From the IMG/VR virus record IMGVR_UViG_3300018915_000002: a DNA stretch of 44,030 nt; one strand, written 5' to 3'. This DNA comes from a virus. The stretch's first letter is position 1. Every line of letters starts with the position of its first letter. Positions 21,127 to 29,821 of this stretch are shown piece after piece. The notes under the pieces are model-generated. The model was not told where the DNA came from. It saw only the letters and a program-made list of their open reading frames with translations, and ran no database searches. Made by a program: the position numbers and the translations under genes.

Positions 21127-22298
21127 TCACTAAATATGATTTACTACGAGTCCAGTTTCTCCAATTTCAATTATTGTGTTGTGAGGCAATTGAACAGATT
21201 TACGTGAGGGATAAACTAGGTCAGTTTGCCAAAGCCAACCAAGGTGAGTGGCAGGGTCAAGGAGAGGAAGCCGCCTTCGACTTTGCTAAAAAATCAGCCA
21301 AGGACTTTTTTGAAGAGTCGCTTAACAATCTATCACCTGAGGCTCAAAACCTTTTACAAGCCTCAAAGGCATATAAGAGTGTAGATAAAAGATTAGAAAG
21401 AGTTGCTAATTTAAAACAGAATCTTTATCCCGCACTAGGGGTGACAAATGAAGGGCTTATCGGTAGTGCAGTTAACGCTGGCATGAATTCCCCTGAGTTT
21501 GTAAAAAACATAGCATTACCCGTTGCTTTGCTCTCTAACTTTTCCCCTAGCCTATCTGAACTAGAAAAGATAAATGATGTAAAAGAATTCAGGGAATTTG
21601 GAGAAGCCAAACTAAAAGAAAAAGAAGCAGAATACGAGGGTAATATCCTTGCTCAAGGGGCTGCTACTCTTGGGAGATCCTATTTAAGGCATCAAACCAA
21701 TATGGATAAGTTTCGGCATCTTGAAGACTACGGAGAAACCGAATGGGTAGGACAAATGGGAAGGATCGGAGCCTTCGGAGTAGACGCAGCTTGGAACATG
21801 ACAACACTTTTAGGGGCTGCTGCCCTCCCCCAAGTGTTTGGAGGTGCGAGGACGTTAGAGGCGATTACTCCTGCGATACAAATGGCAGCAGAAAAAAGGG
21901 TGGTAATACCCGGATTAGTAAAAGAAACCTATGATGTAACAAAGGAAGTGATAGACGAAAAACCAGAAAAGGTTTTACTTGCTTTTGCCGCTGGTGCAGT
22001 AACAGGAAAAGCATTAGAACTAGAACAAGAATTCACCGAAAAGAATCCGGAGGTAGCCGAAAAAGCAAAGGCAATGCTAGGTGAAATGCAAACAGCAGTT
22101 GAAAAAGCGGCTGAATTCAACGATTCAGTTGATGAGGCGATGAAAAAGACTGGAGCTGATGAATTATTTAAAGCAGACGATTTAACGCTTGATGAATTTG
22201 TGGCAGGAGCAAAAGATGTATATCAAGCAATACCTGAAGACAAAAGGGAAATACTCGATAGGCTATCCGATGGCGCTTCAGAGGAAATACTGAATTAA
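21123..22298 (+). CDS. Hypothetical protein, shared-leader paralog family (copy 1)
   Basis: 391-aa ORF with ATGA overlap to the TMP stop; N-terminal YDLLRV...YVRDKLGQFAK. Confidence 0.8.
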   Translation: MITKYDLLRVQFLQFQLLCCEAIEQIYVRDKLGQFAKANQGEWQGQGEEAAFDFAKKSAKDFFEESLNNLSPEAQNLLQASKAYKSVDKRLERVANLKQNLYPALGVTNEGLIGSAVNAGMNSPEFVKNIALPVALLSNFSPSLSELEKINDVKEFREFGEAKLKEKEAEYEGNILAQGAATLGRSYLRHQTNMDKFRHLEDYGETEWVGQMGRIGAFGVDAAWNMTTLLGAAALPQVFGGARTLEAITPAIQMAAEKRVVIPGLVKETYDVTKEVIDEKPEKVLLAFAAGAVTGKALELEQEFTEKNPEVAEKAKAMLGEMQTAVEKAAEFNDSVDEAMKKTGADELFKADDLTLDEFVAGAKDVYQAIPEDKREILDRLSDGASEEILN

Positions 22299-22480
22299 TC
22301 ACTTATCCATCGCAAACAAACCAAGTATCAAGTGTTCCCGATCTATGTAAGACAGGCTCAGCAATGTCACTTTCTTGCGCTTGTGAGAGATAGTGATCAC
22401 AGTCATAATAAAATCAAGCTTCGGAACAACAAAGTCCCTGTCTGAGCTATAGGCGCAACAGCAAATTACCTTTTTATATT

Positions 22481-23236
22481 ATGTCGAGCTACCCATTAGC
22501 CCAAGCCAAACTTTTAACGCTAAGTGCATTATTGCAGTGTGAGGTCAAAGAATCCAAAGAGGACTGGCGCGAAACCCCAGTCAAACGAGAAGGAGGGCGC
22601 TTTGCTAGTTCATCAGGCTCTGGTACTGGTGACACTAATCCTTCAAAACAACCAAACGCCATTAGGGAAGGGGTAAATAGGGTAACTCAGTCTGTCCTGA
22701 GAGGAATGGCGACACAGGCAAGTAATCAAGTTCAAAAACTATCCACCCCCCAGCAAGAAGCTGTCACTGAACTATTGGACTCTCGTGCTGGAATGTTTAT
22801 CAAAAAGGAGATTAGGCGGCTAGTAGATCCAGCAGGGCAAGCAGCTTTTGATCGTGTTGCCCAAAAAATGCAGGGCAAAGGGAATGCAACTTTAGGTGAT
22901 CGCGTCAAAGCGGCAGGTCGTGTCGCGCAGAAAGAATTAGAGGCGGCAGCAGATAATCCTATCGCTGTAACAAAGGGAGTTTTAGGAGGTCTTGTGCTGC
23001 CAGTGTTAGTCGTTCATGGATTGAATAACATAGATACATCAGGGAGCGAAGAAGCCGCAATTACCAAGGAATTTCTGGAGATTGGAGCAGTGCTGGGTGG
23101 GGCTGGATTGCTAAAAAACTCGATTGAAGACATTAACAAAAAAGCTCAGGCAAATTTAACAAAAGAAGAACAGCAACGACTATCTGAGGAACTTAATCAG
23201 TTTTACTTGGGTGTTAAAAAATTAGAAAAGAAATAA
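22481..23236 (+). CDS. Hypothetical protein, shared-leader paralog family (copy 2)
   Basis: 251 aa; YPLAQAKL...EVKESKEDWRETPVKREGGRFAS; two C-terminal hydrophobic segments. Confidence 0.85.
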   Translation: MSSYPLAQAKLLTLSALLQCEVKESKEDWRETPVKREGGRFASSSGSGTGDTNPSKQPNAIREGVNRVTQSVLRGMATQASNQVQKLSTPQQEAVTELLDSRAGMFIKKEIRRLVDPAGQAAFDRVAQKMQGKGNATLGDRVKAAGRVAQKELEAAADNPIAVTKGVLGGLVLPVLVVHGLNNIDTSGSEEAAITKEFLEIGAVLGGAGLLKNSIEDINKKAQANLTKEEQQRLSEELNQFYLGVKKLEKK

Positions 23237-24645
23237 TGCTAAACCCAGATCTCATCCTCCAACTCCAAAGCCAACTGGCGTTCGCTTCCACAGCAACTCG
23301 TGAATACCTTCAGTCACGGAGTTCCGTGGTCGAGGAGGAAGATGTGACTGAAGTAAACGATGATCCGTCCTCGGCAATTGAGGCGGCGCAGGGACTAGTT
23401 GAACGCGCAGAGGAATGGCGTGAAGTCCCCGTTGTACGAGACGCAACAGGACGATTTGCTTCAAAAGCCGCCTCTTCGGACGTAAAGGAGACAGATGAGG
23501 TGGAGGAGGTGGAGGAGGCAAGTGAGCCTGACCCACCGCTCATCCCAGTAGAAAAAATCCTTCAAGAGAAAGCAACGACCTTCTCCGCAGGCTTGAAGAG
23601 GTTTGAGAAGGAGCAGATTGAGATGGTGAATGAAACGATACTCAGTCGCGCCACAGATCGCATCAAGGATATAGCGGAACAACGCAAAGGGCTAGCAAGC
23701 GATCTAGTGGATATGATGTTTGGGAAATACGCCAAACAAGCCCGTAAGCAGCTTGCTGACTTGTGTAAGCCGATTAATCCCGACCTAAGCAAAGGGATTG
23801 AAGAAGACCCTTACGAAGAGGTTTCAGCGGACATCAAGCGGCTAACCCGACAAGCTAGCCTAGGAAATACCAAAGCTTTGATGCGTGACCTCCCAAAAGC
23901 CTTCCAGTATACAGTTGCGAAGTACAACAAGACTGTTGACGATCTTTCAAACGCAACTGGAGAGAACGCGGATTTAATGCACGCGGCAGGGAAGGCGGTT
24001 GCCCTTACAGTTCCGATCACGACATTCCTTGCCGCAAGCTTTGGTGCAGCAGCCGTTGCTGGGGTACTTACTCATGCGATCGCTGTTGCACCAATTTTTG
24101 CGGCTGGAGGAGCCGCCGCTGGTGCAGCAAAATTGGCAACTGGGATAGTGGTTGGCACAGCGGCGTGGAAAGTTAAGTCTAAATCGATTGAGGAAGGGCT
24201 GGATATTTTAGAAGTTGATAATAAGTTCACCCGGAAATTTCTGAAGTGGGCAACATTCCTTGCGGGAGATCTATCTATGTTGCCTACGCCCAATCCCCTT
24301 TCCTTGCCATCCACCTTATATGAACCTGGAACAGCATTGGATGCTCTGTCCGGTCTTGGTGAGGCTAGCAAAGCCGCATTTATGGGCGTAATTAACATCA
24401 CAGGGGAAGACCTACTGAACTTTGCCGTATTCCCAACATTAAATGGGATATTTGGTGATGCCTTGGCACCAGGGCGTAACCTCAACGGAAAAAGCTACTC
24501 CCAAATGAGGGAGTTGAAACGTGCGAGGGAAAAAGCTCAGAAGACGCTTAAAGAGATCAAGAAAAAGGCTTCCGACTACAACGAACAGTTTGATGAAGCC
24601 ATGTTAGCTTTACAAGAACTCCCCGATTTGGAGGTGGCAGCTTGA
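23236..24645 (+). CDS. Hypothetical protein, shared-leader paralog family (copy 3)
   Basis: 469 aa; TAATG coupling; EEWREVPVVRDATGRFAS; Ala/Gly-rich hydrophobic hairpin. Confidence 0.85.
   Translation: MLNPDLILQLQSQLAFASTATREYLQSRSSVVEEEDVTEVNDDPSSAIEAAQGLVERAEEWREVPVVRDATGRFASKAASSDVKETDEVEEVEEASEPDPPLIPVEKILQEKATTFSAGLKRFEKEQIEMVNETILSRATDRIKDIAEQRKGLASDLVDMMFGKYAKQARKQLADLCKPINPDLSKGIEEDPYEEVSADIKRLTRQASLGNTKALMRDLPKAFQYTVAKYNKTVDDLSNATGENADLMHAAGKAVALTVPITTFLAASFGAAAVAGVLTHAIAVAPIFAAGGAAAGAAKLATGIVVGTAAWKVKSKSIEEGLDILEVDNKFTRKFLKWATFLAGDLSMLPTPNPLSLPSTLYEPGTALDALSGLGEASKAAFMGVINITGEDLLNFAVFPTLNGIFGDALAPGRNLNGKSYSQMRELKRAREKAQKTLKEIKKKASDYNEQFDEAMLALQELPDLEVAA
23315..23328. repeat. Palindrome CACGGAGTTCCGTG (in paralog 3)
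   Basis: Perfect consensus. Confidence 0.85.
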
Positions 24646-25703
24646 GTCAGACACTTTATGAATTAGCCAAGCTTCAGGCAACGTGCCTAGAAATAACCTT
24701 AATCTCAGCAGCGGGTGAAGGAGAGCTTAAGGAATATAAAGAGAATTGGCGTAAAAGCCCAGTGTTACGCCAAGGTGGGCGTTTCGCTTCAAGTGTTAAG
24801 ACAACCGCTGGCAATGCAGAAAAAGGGATTGAGCAGTCCCTAAAAAACACCATAGAGGCAGCCAATAAGCGTATAGACCAAGTGAAAACCTCAATTGCCA
24901 AGCTAGGAGACGCGGCTCAACAGAGGCTAAGGGAGATATTTCAATCCGCTCCGATGAATGAAGCCAAGGGCAAAATCGGTGAGGTGCTTGAAGATGTTTC
25001 TCCTGAGGCGAAAGAGATCTTCGACGAGATCAACGAAGAGGTTGCCTCTGCGCTAGAAGAGGGCGAGGATTTGGATGTGGCATTAACCAAGGGACAGAAC
25101 AAGGCAATGGATAGCCTAAAAAAAGCCCTCGCTTCAGTAGGAGATGCAGTCAAAGAACGAAAGGCGGGACTCGTTGCAATAGGGACAATTGCCGCTTTAA
25201 CCGCAACAGCCGGTGGGGCGGGATTATTGATTGGTGCAGGGGCAGTAGGAACAATCGCCAACTGGAGTGTCCCGAACCTATTGGGCAAGGCGAAGGAATT
25301 CGCAACAACCAAAGCCTTGCTCGAAGACGACAAAGATCTATTCAATGTTTGGGACAAGGAATTCCAAGCTGAGGTATCTCAGTTTTTGTTTCGTGCCTCA
25401 ATAGTCGCGGCAGGAGTTGGCATCCTGGTACTAGGGGAAGAGATTCTATTTAATGCAGTAGAAGAAGATAAAAAGAGCTTTGCTCAAGGCGTAAAGGTAG
25501 TAACGCAGGATGCGATCGCAGGAATTGCAGGGGACGGGGCAAGCGATGAGGATAGAGAAAAGTTAGGAGGGTATCTAAAAGACTCTTCAAGCAAGCGACT
25601 GGGTGCAGCACGGGACTTAAGTCAACAAGTGGGTGATCGAGCCAGTGATTTTACTCGTACTACTACGAAGAAAGCAATAGACACCATTAATCCATTTAAG
25701 TAA
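24642..25703 (+). CDS. Hypothetical protein, shared-leader paralog family (copy 4)
   Basis: 353 aa; TTGA overlap; YELAKL...ELKEYKENWRKSPVLRQGGRFAS; hydrophobic segments. Confidence 0.85.
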   Translation: MSQTLYELAKLQATCLEITLISAAGEGELKEYKENWRKSPVLRQGGRFASSVKTTAGNAEKGIEQSLKNTIEAANKRIDQVKTSIAKLGDAAQQRLREIFQSAPMNEAKGKIGEVLEDVSPEAKEIFDEINEEVASALEEGEDLDVALTKGQNKAMDSLKKALASVGDAVKERKAGLVAIGTIAALTATAGGAGLLIGAGAVGTIANWSVPNLLGKAKEFATTKALLEDDKDLFNVWDKEFQAEVSQFLFRASIVAAGVGILVLGEEILFNAVEEDKKSFAQGVKVVTQDAIAGIAGDGASDEDREKLGGYLKDSSSKRLGAARDLSQQVGDRASDFTRTTTKKAIDTINPFK

Positions 25704-25704
25704 A

Positions 25705-25953
25705 ATGACTTTCAACCAATCCCCCTACGAACTCCTCAAACTGCACGGAATCCTGAATGCGCTTGCCGACTCCGCTGCTGAAGGAGGACTATCCCAACTT
25801 AGCTTTAATACAGGTCTTACTGTAGTCGGCATGGGAGTAGCGGTTGGATTGCTAGGTTTAACAGGAGGAGAAGCACTAGATCAGTGGACAGCATATACCG
25901 TCGATTACGAACTTAAACGAACAGGAAACATCCTCAAAGGAGGCGAACCTTAA
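25705..25953 (+). CDS. Short, internally deleted member of the paralog family (possible pseudogene)
   Basis: 82 aa; YELLKL leader joined directly to EGGLSQLSFNTGL, which matches KGGLSQLAFSTSL late in the 279-aa paralog. Confidence 0.6.
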   Translation: MTFNQSPYELLKLHGILNALADSAAEGGLSQLSFNTGLTVVGMGVAVGLLGLTGGEALDQWTAYTVDYELKRTGNILKGGEP

Positions 25954-26773
25954 TATTGACATCGCCCCCCTGCTTGACAACCTCCTTGGAGAATTCCAAG
26001 GACTGAATCAAAGTTTCCATAACCAAGCTTTTCAACTTAAATACTTCTGGAAATAGGATTGTCGCCAACCCATGCCAAGCGGCTCCCAACGAAGTAGAAA
26101 AAGCGAGTTGAGATAATCCGCCTTTTGCAAAGGCAGCTACAATAGCATCCGCTCCTTCCTTAGAAAGAATTGCCGCAATTCCATCAAAAAGACCTCCTAT
26201 TCCGAATAGATTTGGAAGACTAAAAAAAGCAACAGTTCCAGCCGAACCTAATGTCACTCCTATTGCAGCCGCAGTCGCAACAATAATCTCTGCCCTGTTT
26301 TCCTTTGCCTTATCAATTAGGTCTGATGCCAGCTTTTTAGCTTTTTTTGCTACCTTGGCTAAGCCAGTTTTTTCCATCAACTTATTAATAGCTTCAACCA
26401 TTCCGTTGAAAGCCTTCCCTGCGTTGGAATCCGCTTTAGCAATAGCATCTCCGGTTTGTTCCTGTGCTTTTTTCAGGTTTTTACTGAATAAAAATTCTTT
26501 AATACTAGACTCGTCTTCCTTAGATAAATCATTAAAGGCTGTTGATAGTTCATCTAGCTTTTTCCGCATGGAATTAACAGATAGATCTTGATCTGTTAAT
26601 ACTATTTGGGAGGAGTATCGATAAGAAGAAAACCGCCCACCTTGGCGAATAACTGGGGTTTCGCGCCATTTCTCCCGGTATTCTTTAACTTCAAACTGAG
26701 CCGATTCGATCAGTTTGGAACACAATAGCATTGACCGCAATTTAGCTAATTCGTAGTAGGAAACATTGCTCAT
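25934..26773 (-). CDS. Hypothetical protein, shared-leader paralog family (copy 6, inverted)
   Basis: 279 aa; YELAKL...EVKEYREKWRETPVIRQGGRFSS; hydrophobic C-terminal half. Confidence 0.85.
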   Translation of the reverse strand: MSNVSYYELAKLRSMLLCSKLIESAQFEVKEYREKWRETPVIRQGGRFSSYRYSSQIVLTDQDLSVNSMRKKLDELSTAFNDLSKEDESSIKEFLFSKNLKKAQEQTGDAIAKADSNAGKAFNGMVEAINKLMEKTGLAKVAKKAKKLASDLIDKAKENRAEIIVATAAAIGVTLGSAGTVAFFSLPNLFGIGGLFDGIAAILSKEGADAIVAAFAKGGLSQLAFSTSLGAAWHGLATILFPEVFKLKSLVMETLIQSLEFSKEVVKQGGDVNIKVRLL

Positions 26774-26788
26774 TTTTATCCTTTGTTA

Positions 26789-26818
26789 TTGACACGTAAG
26801 TTATCTATAAGTTATACT
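26789..26818 (+). promoter_or_regulatory. Sigma70-type promoter TTGACA-N18-TATACT
   Basis: TTGACA 26789-26794 and TATACT 26813-26818, upstream of ATG 26852. Confidence 0.7.
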
Positions 26819-26851
26819 GATGGTATCAACAGGTTAAATAAAGCAAAACCA

Positions 26852-27277
26852 ATGAATACTAAAACTATTGCTCGTTCAGCCATCTCTTCAACCTTAGCCG
26901 CAGCTCTTTCACTAATCATATTGTTTAACAATATGATGGTACTGCAAAAAGCTCACGACTCTTTCACGGAGTTCTGGTTAAAGGAAACTATCGAGTATAT
27001 CTTCACGCCAAGTTCTTCTTGGTTAAAAGACCTAGAACATGAATTTTTATGGAATGTGATTGATGTCGAATTCGTCCTGTTCGACTCGTTGAAAGCAATC
27101 AACAAAAAAGAACACGAACTAGTAACCAACCTGCATCACTCATTTCTCAATGCCTGGGAACGAGAGCAGGTGAAGCTAATAGCAACACCTCGCTCTTGGC
27201 ACAAAAAACTCAAGAAAGAAATCTTATGGATGGCACTCGATGCTGAACACGCCATCTTCCGCAAAATCGTAGGTTAA
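26852..27277 (+). CDS. Membrane-anchored hypothetical protein with internal repeat
   Basis: ATG at 26852 preferred over the track's TTG at 26783, which overlaps the promoter. N-terminal hydrophobic helix; repeat SWLKDLEHEFLWNVIDVEFVLF / SWHKKLKKEILWMALDAEHAIF. Confidence 0.7.
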   Translation: MNTKTIARSAISSTLAAALSLIILFNNMMVLQKAHDSFTEFWLKETIEYIFTPSSSWLKDLEHEFLWNVIDVEFVLFDSLKAINKKEHELVTNLHHSFLNAWEREQVKLIATPRSWHKKLKKEILWMALDAEHAIFRKIVG

Positions 27278-27297
27278 CGCGATTAAGTTAACAGAAG

Positions 27298-27335
27298 AAC
27301 CCCCTTGTATCAGATACGATACAAGGGGGTTTTTG
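27298..27335 (+). terminator. Intrinsic terminator
   Basis: AACCCCCTTGTATC-loop-GATACAAGGGGGTT followed by TTTG. Confidence 0.75.
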
Positions 27336-27346
27336 TATTTAAAGAT

Positions 27347-29119
27347 ATGCCTCCTGAACCCATTGCTCCTGCGGGTCCCATCGCACCAACCAATCCAACG
27401 ACTACTAGTACACCGACAACCACCTCTAGTACAGTAGGTGCAATAACACCCGCTCCCAAGCCTCAGGTTACTCAAGCCCAAAAACAACCTGCTGACACAA
27501 CTCCGATCAAGAAAGCAACCTTGCTCAAGCAGGTATTTGACCCTCGCTTTGGGGCAACGTATGCCCCACTAGAAATTCGCTTCCTAACGGGAGCATCCGC
27601 CGATCAAGTCTTAGATCTGGGGTTCAATATCAAGGAATTCTCAATGTCCCAGTCGCCTCAATGGGAAAAAGGGCAGGGGCAAACCATCCAAGTGGGACAT
27701 AATTTCACCAACATCTCCCCCTGGTCTTTCTCCCTTAACTGGGAATATTGGGGCATGTGGGACGATGTGCACCAGCTAGCGGCACTCGCTCAGCACATGA
27801 ATGTCATTGATCCAAAACTATCTACCCCACCTAAACTACAGTTCACTTTTGGTGTTTCTACTATTGACCCAGTTGTTTGCACAAACTTAGATATTAAGTT
27901 CGACACCCCTCTGCCTGACGACAAAGGAATGCGCCACGCTACTGTCACCGCTTCCTTTGAACTGGAAGCCGGACAAGGAACCAAGCATCAATACGCACCA
28001 CCCCTTGCCCCAAATGCCCTGAGCGATCGCATTCGTTCCCTAACAGAAACGGAGCGGGAGCGCCAAGGGATAATTGGGGTCGCCCGTAGTACTCTTGCTC
28101 CCTGTTTGGGGAAGAAAGGGAGTGAGGAGGTGGCTAAGCTGCTCAAGGACAATAAATTAGGGGATGAGGCAACACTACTTTCCCTTGATGCCAATACCTT
28201 TATCCAACTCGCTGTCGCTGGGACGATACCCAAGGAGACCCTAGCTAAACCAGAATTCGAGGAAAAGCTCAAGCGCGATCTGGCGAACCAATTAGCAAAG
28301 GCAGAGAACGGCACAACACCAGCTAGTTCACGGCAACTCGCTTCTGCCTTAGAGAATGGAGATCCGTCTTTCCTGCCCCAGGAGTTCAATAAAACTCAAT
28401 CAGAGCGTCGTGTAGACTCCAAAGGAGCAGAAACGACTCAAGATAGCACCCTATATGAGCGCATCTCTGGGGACTATCAAGCTATCCTTACGGCTATTAA
28501 AGATCAAAAGCTCAGTCCCAACGACGACGTGTTCAACCCCGTAAAAAATCCCACAGCCCAAGGGAGGCTTACTGCCACCGCAGGCTGTGGGCTGGACTTA
28601 AGAAATAATGGTGCACCTAAAATTGCCAAGACAGAGGGAGGCGATGCGGTACTTCTAGCTGGAATTAATCACGCGATCGCTCAAGCGAAGTCGGATGAGG
28701 AGATTAGGAATATATTCAATCTTCCAGAGAATACACCAGAAACGGTTATTCGCAAACTGAAAAATGGGGTGCCCTACAAATCGAAGGACGAGTTTATCGC
28801 AAGGTCATCTTACAATCAACTGGGAATCACAGGGCATTCATTGTGGAGTAGTTTTAGCTCCCATGAGTCGGCTCAATTAACCTCAGTTAATCAGTTCCTC
28901 GCGCAGGAAAACCTGAGTGATGATGATATCAAAAAACGGTTTGACGTTGGGGATGATGCCATCAAGAAACTTCGTAACAATGGAAAACCATTCGCCTCCA
29001 AAGAGGAGTTTCTTAAAGCTACATCCCCTGATACGACGGGAGTAGATGGAAAGGGCAACGAAACCTGGCTCAACTTTGAACGCAACGCCGATAAGGTAAA
29101 GGCTGAAGCGGTTCCTTAG
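27347..29119 (+). CDS. Putative tail-tube initiator / baseplate protein (CIS-tube / P2 gpU-like N-terminal domain) with helical C-terminal repeats
   Basis: ATG 27347 lies after the terminator. FNIKEFSMSQSPQW...FSLNWEY...PPKLQFTFG...VVCTNLDIKFD...ATVTASFE pattern; two C-terminal HhH-like repeats (KLKNGVPYKSKDEFI / KLRNNGKPFASKEEFL). Confidence 0.6.
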   Translation: MPPEPIAPAGPIAPTNPTTTSTPTTTSSTVGAITPAPKPQVTQAQKQPADTTPIKKATLLKQVFDPRFGATYAPLEIRFLTGASADQVLDLGFNIKEFSMSQSPQWEKGQGQTIQVGHNFTNISPWSFSLNWEYWGMWDDVHQLAALAQHMNVIDPKLSTPPKLQFTFGVSTIDPVVCTNLDIKFDTPLPDDKGMRHATVTASFELEAGQGTKHQYAPPLAPNALSDRIRSLTETERERQGIIGVARSTLAPCLGKKGSEEVAKLLKDNKLGDEATLLSLDANTFIQLAVAGTIPKETLAKPEFEEKLKRDLANQLAKAENGTTPASSRQLASALENGDPSFLPQEFNKTQSERRVDSKGAETTQDSTLYERISGDYQAILTAIKDQKLSPNDDVFNPVKNPTAQGRLTATAGCGLDLRNNGAPKIAKTEGGDAVLLAGINHAIAQAKSDEEIRNIFNLPENTPETVIRKLKNGVPYKSKDEFIARSSYNQLGITGHSLWSSFSSHESAQLTSVNQFLAQENLSDDDIKKRFDVGDDAIKKLRNNGKPFASKEEFLKATSPDTTGVDGKGNETWLNFERNADKVKAEAVP

Positions 29120-29121
29120 AA

Positions 29122-29135
29122 CACGGAGTTCCGTG
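29122..29135. repeat. Palindrome CACGGAGTTCCGTG (between convergent stops)
   Basis: Perfect consensus; fills most of a 17-bp intergenic gap. Confidence 0.85.
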
Positions 29136-29136
29136 A

Positions 29137-29634
29137 TCAAGACGCGACTTGGAACGCCTGATTCCAGAGTTGCCTAATGTCAACGGCATTACTGCCTTGA
29201 GTACGCGCTACGGGGGCAAATTCACGAACTTTCGTAGGCGTAGGCACTAGCGTTTCTTCCTGGAGGATGTCCTCCACCGCTTCACGCAAATACTTCGACA
29301 TCGTTGTCCCCTTCAGGTGGCAAAAAAGCTTGAACTTCTCCTTTGTTTCGGAGTCGATCAGAAACCTGATGTAGGAATCCGCTTTTTGAAGCCTCTCTTC
29401 GTAGTATTTTGTCCGAACCCCTTGTTTTGAGTGGGGTTCCATTGGCCCCTTTTTAACCAATTTAGGTAGATTAGCTCCTTCAAGCGCGGCGATCACCACG
29501 CCCGTCAAAAGGTCAGTCATCTTCCCGTGAGGACGGGCTTTTTTAAACTCGTCTTTCAAATAAGACGGGATACGGATACGGATATCGTCGTCTAGCATAG
29601 TGGGACTTCTGTATATTACATCTTGTTGCCACAT
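29137..29634 (-). CDS. Tandem ribbon-helix-helix DNA-binding protein
   Basis: Two RHH-like units: IRIRIPSYLKDEFKK...MTDLLTGVV and IRFLIDSETKEKFKLFCHLKGTTMSKYLREAV. True start may be ATG 29598. Confidence 0.7.
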   Translation of the reverse strand: MWQQDVIYRSPTMLDDDIRIRIPSYLKDEFKKARPHGKMTDLLTGVVIAALEGANLPKLVKKGPMEPHSKQGVRTKYYEERLQKADSYIRFLIDSETKEKFKLFCHLKGTTMSKYLREAVEDILQEETLVPTPTKVREFAPVARTQGSNAVDIRQLWNQAFQVAS

Positions 29635-29774
29635 TGTAACTCAAAAAGGTACGCGGTGAACAGTATCCAGATCTGTCAATGGACTGAACCGTGTTCATAG
29701 AAGGAACTGGCAGAGGATTTGTTCCAATATATTTCAGCCATGTTTTCTTGAGCCACGGAACTCCGCGCCAAACT

Positions 29775-29806
29775 AAAAAGCCCTCGACATTTCTGCCGAG
29801 GGCTTT
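29775..29806 (-). terminator. Intrinsic terminator (possibly bidirectional)
   Basis: AAAGCCCTCG...CGAGGGCTTT stem with flanking A/T runs, just past the stop at 29822. Confidence 0.65.
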
Positions 29807-29821
29807 GTTGTTTCTGCCTGT

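Noticed and set aside
21123-26773. Diversity-generating retroelement or shufflon behind the paralog array
   Set aside because: No reverse transcriptase, template/variable repeat pair or site-specific recombinase visible in the window.
26965-26978. CACGGAGTTCTGGT (and CACGGAGTTACCGCG at 31313) as palindrome copies
   Set aside because: Three or more mismatches or altered spacing; not counted.
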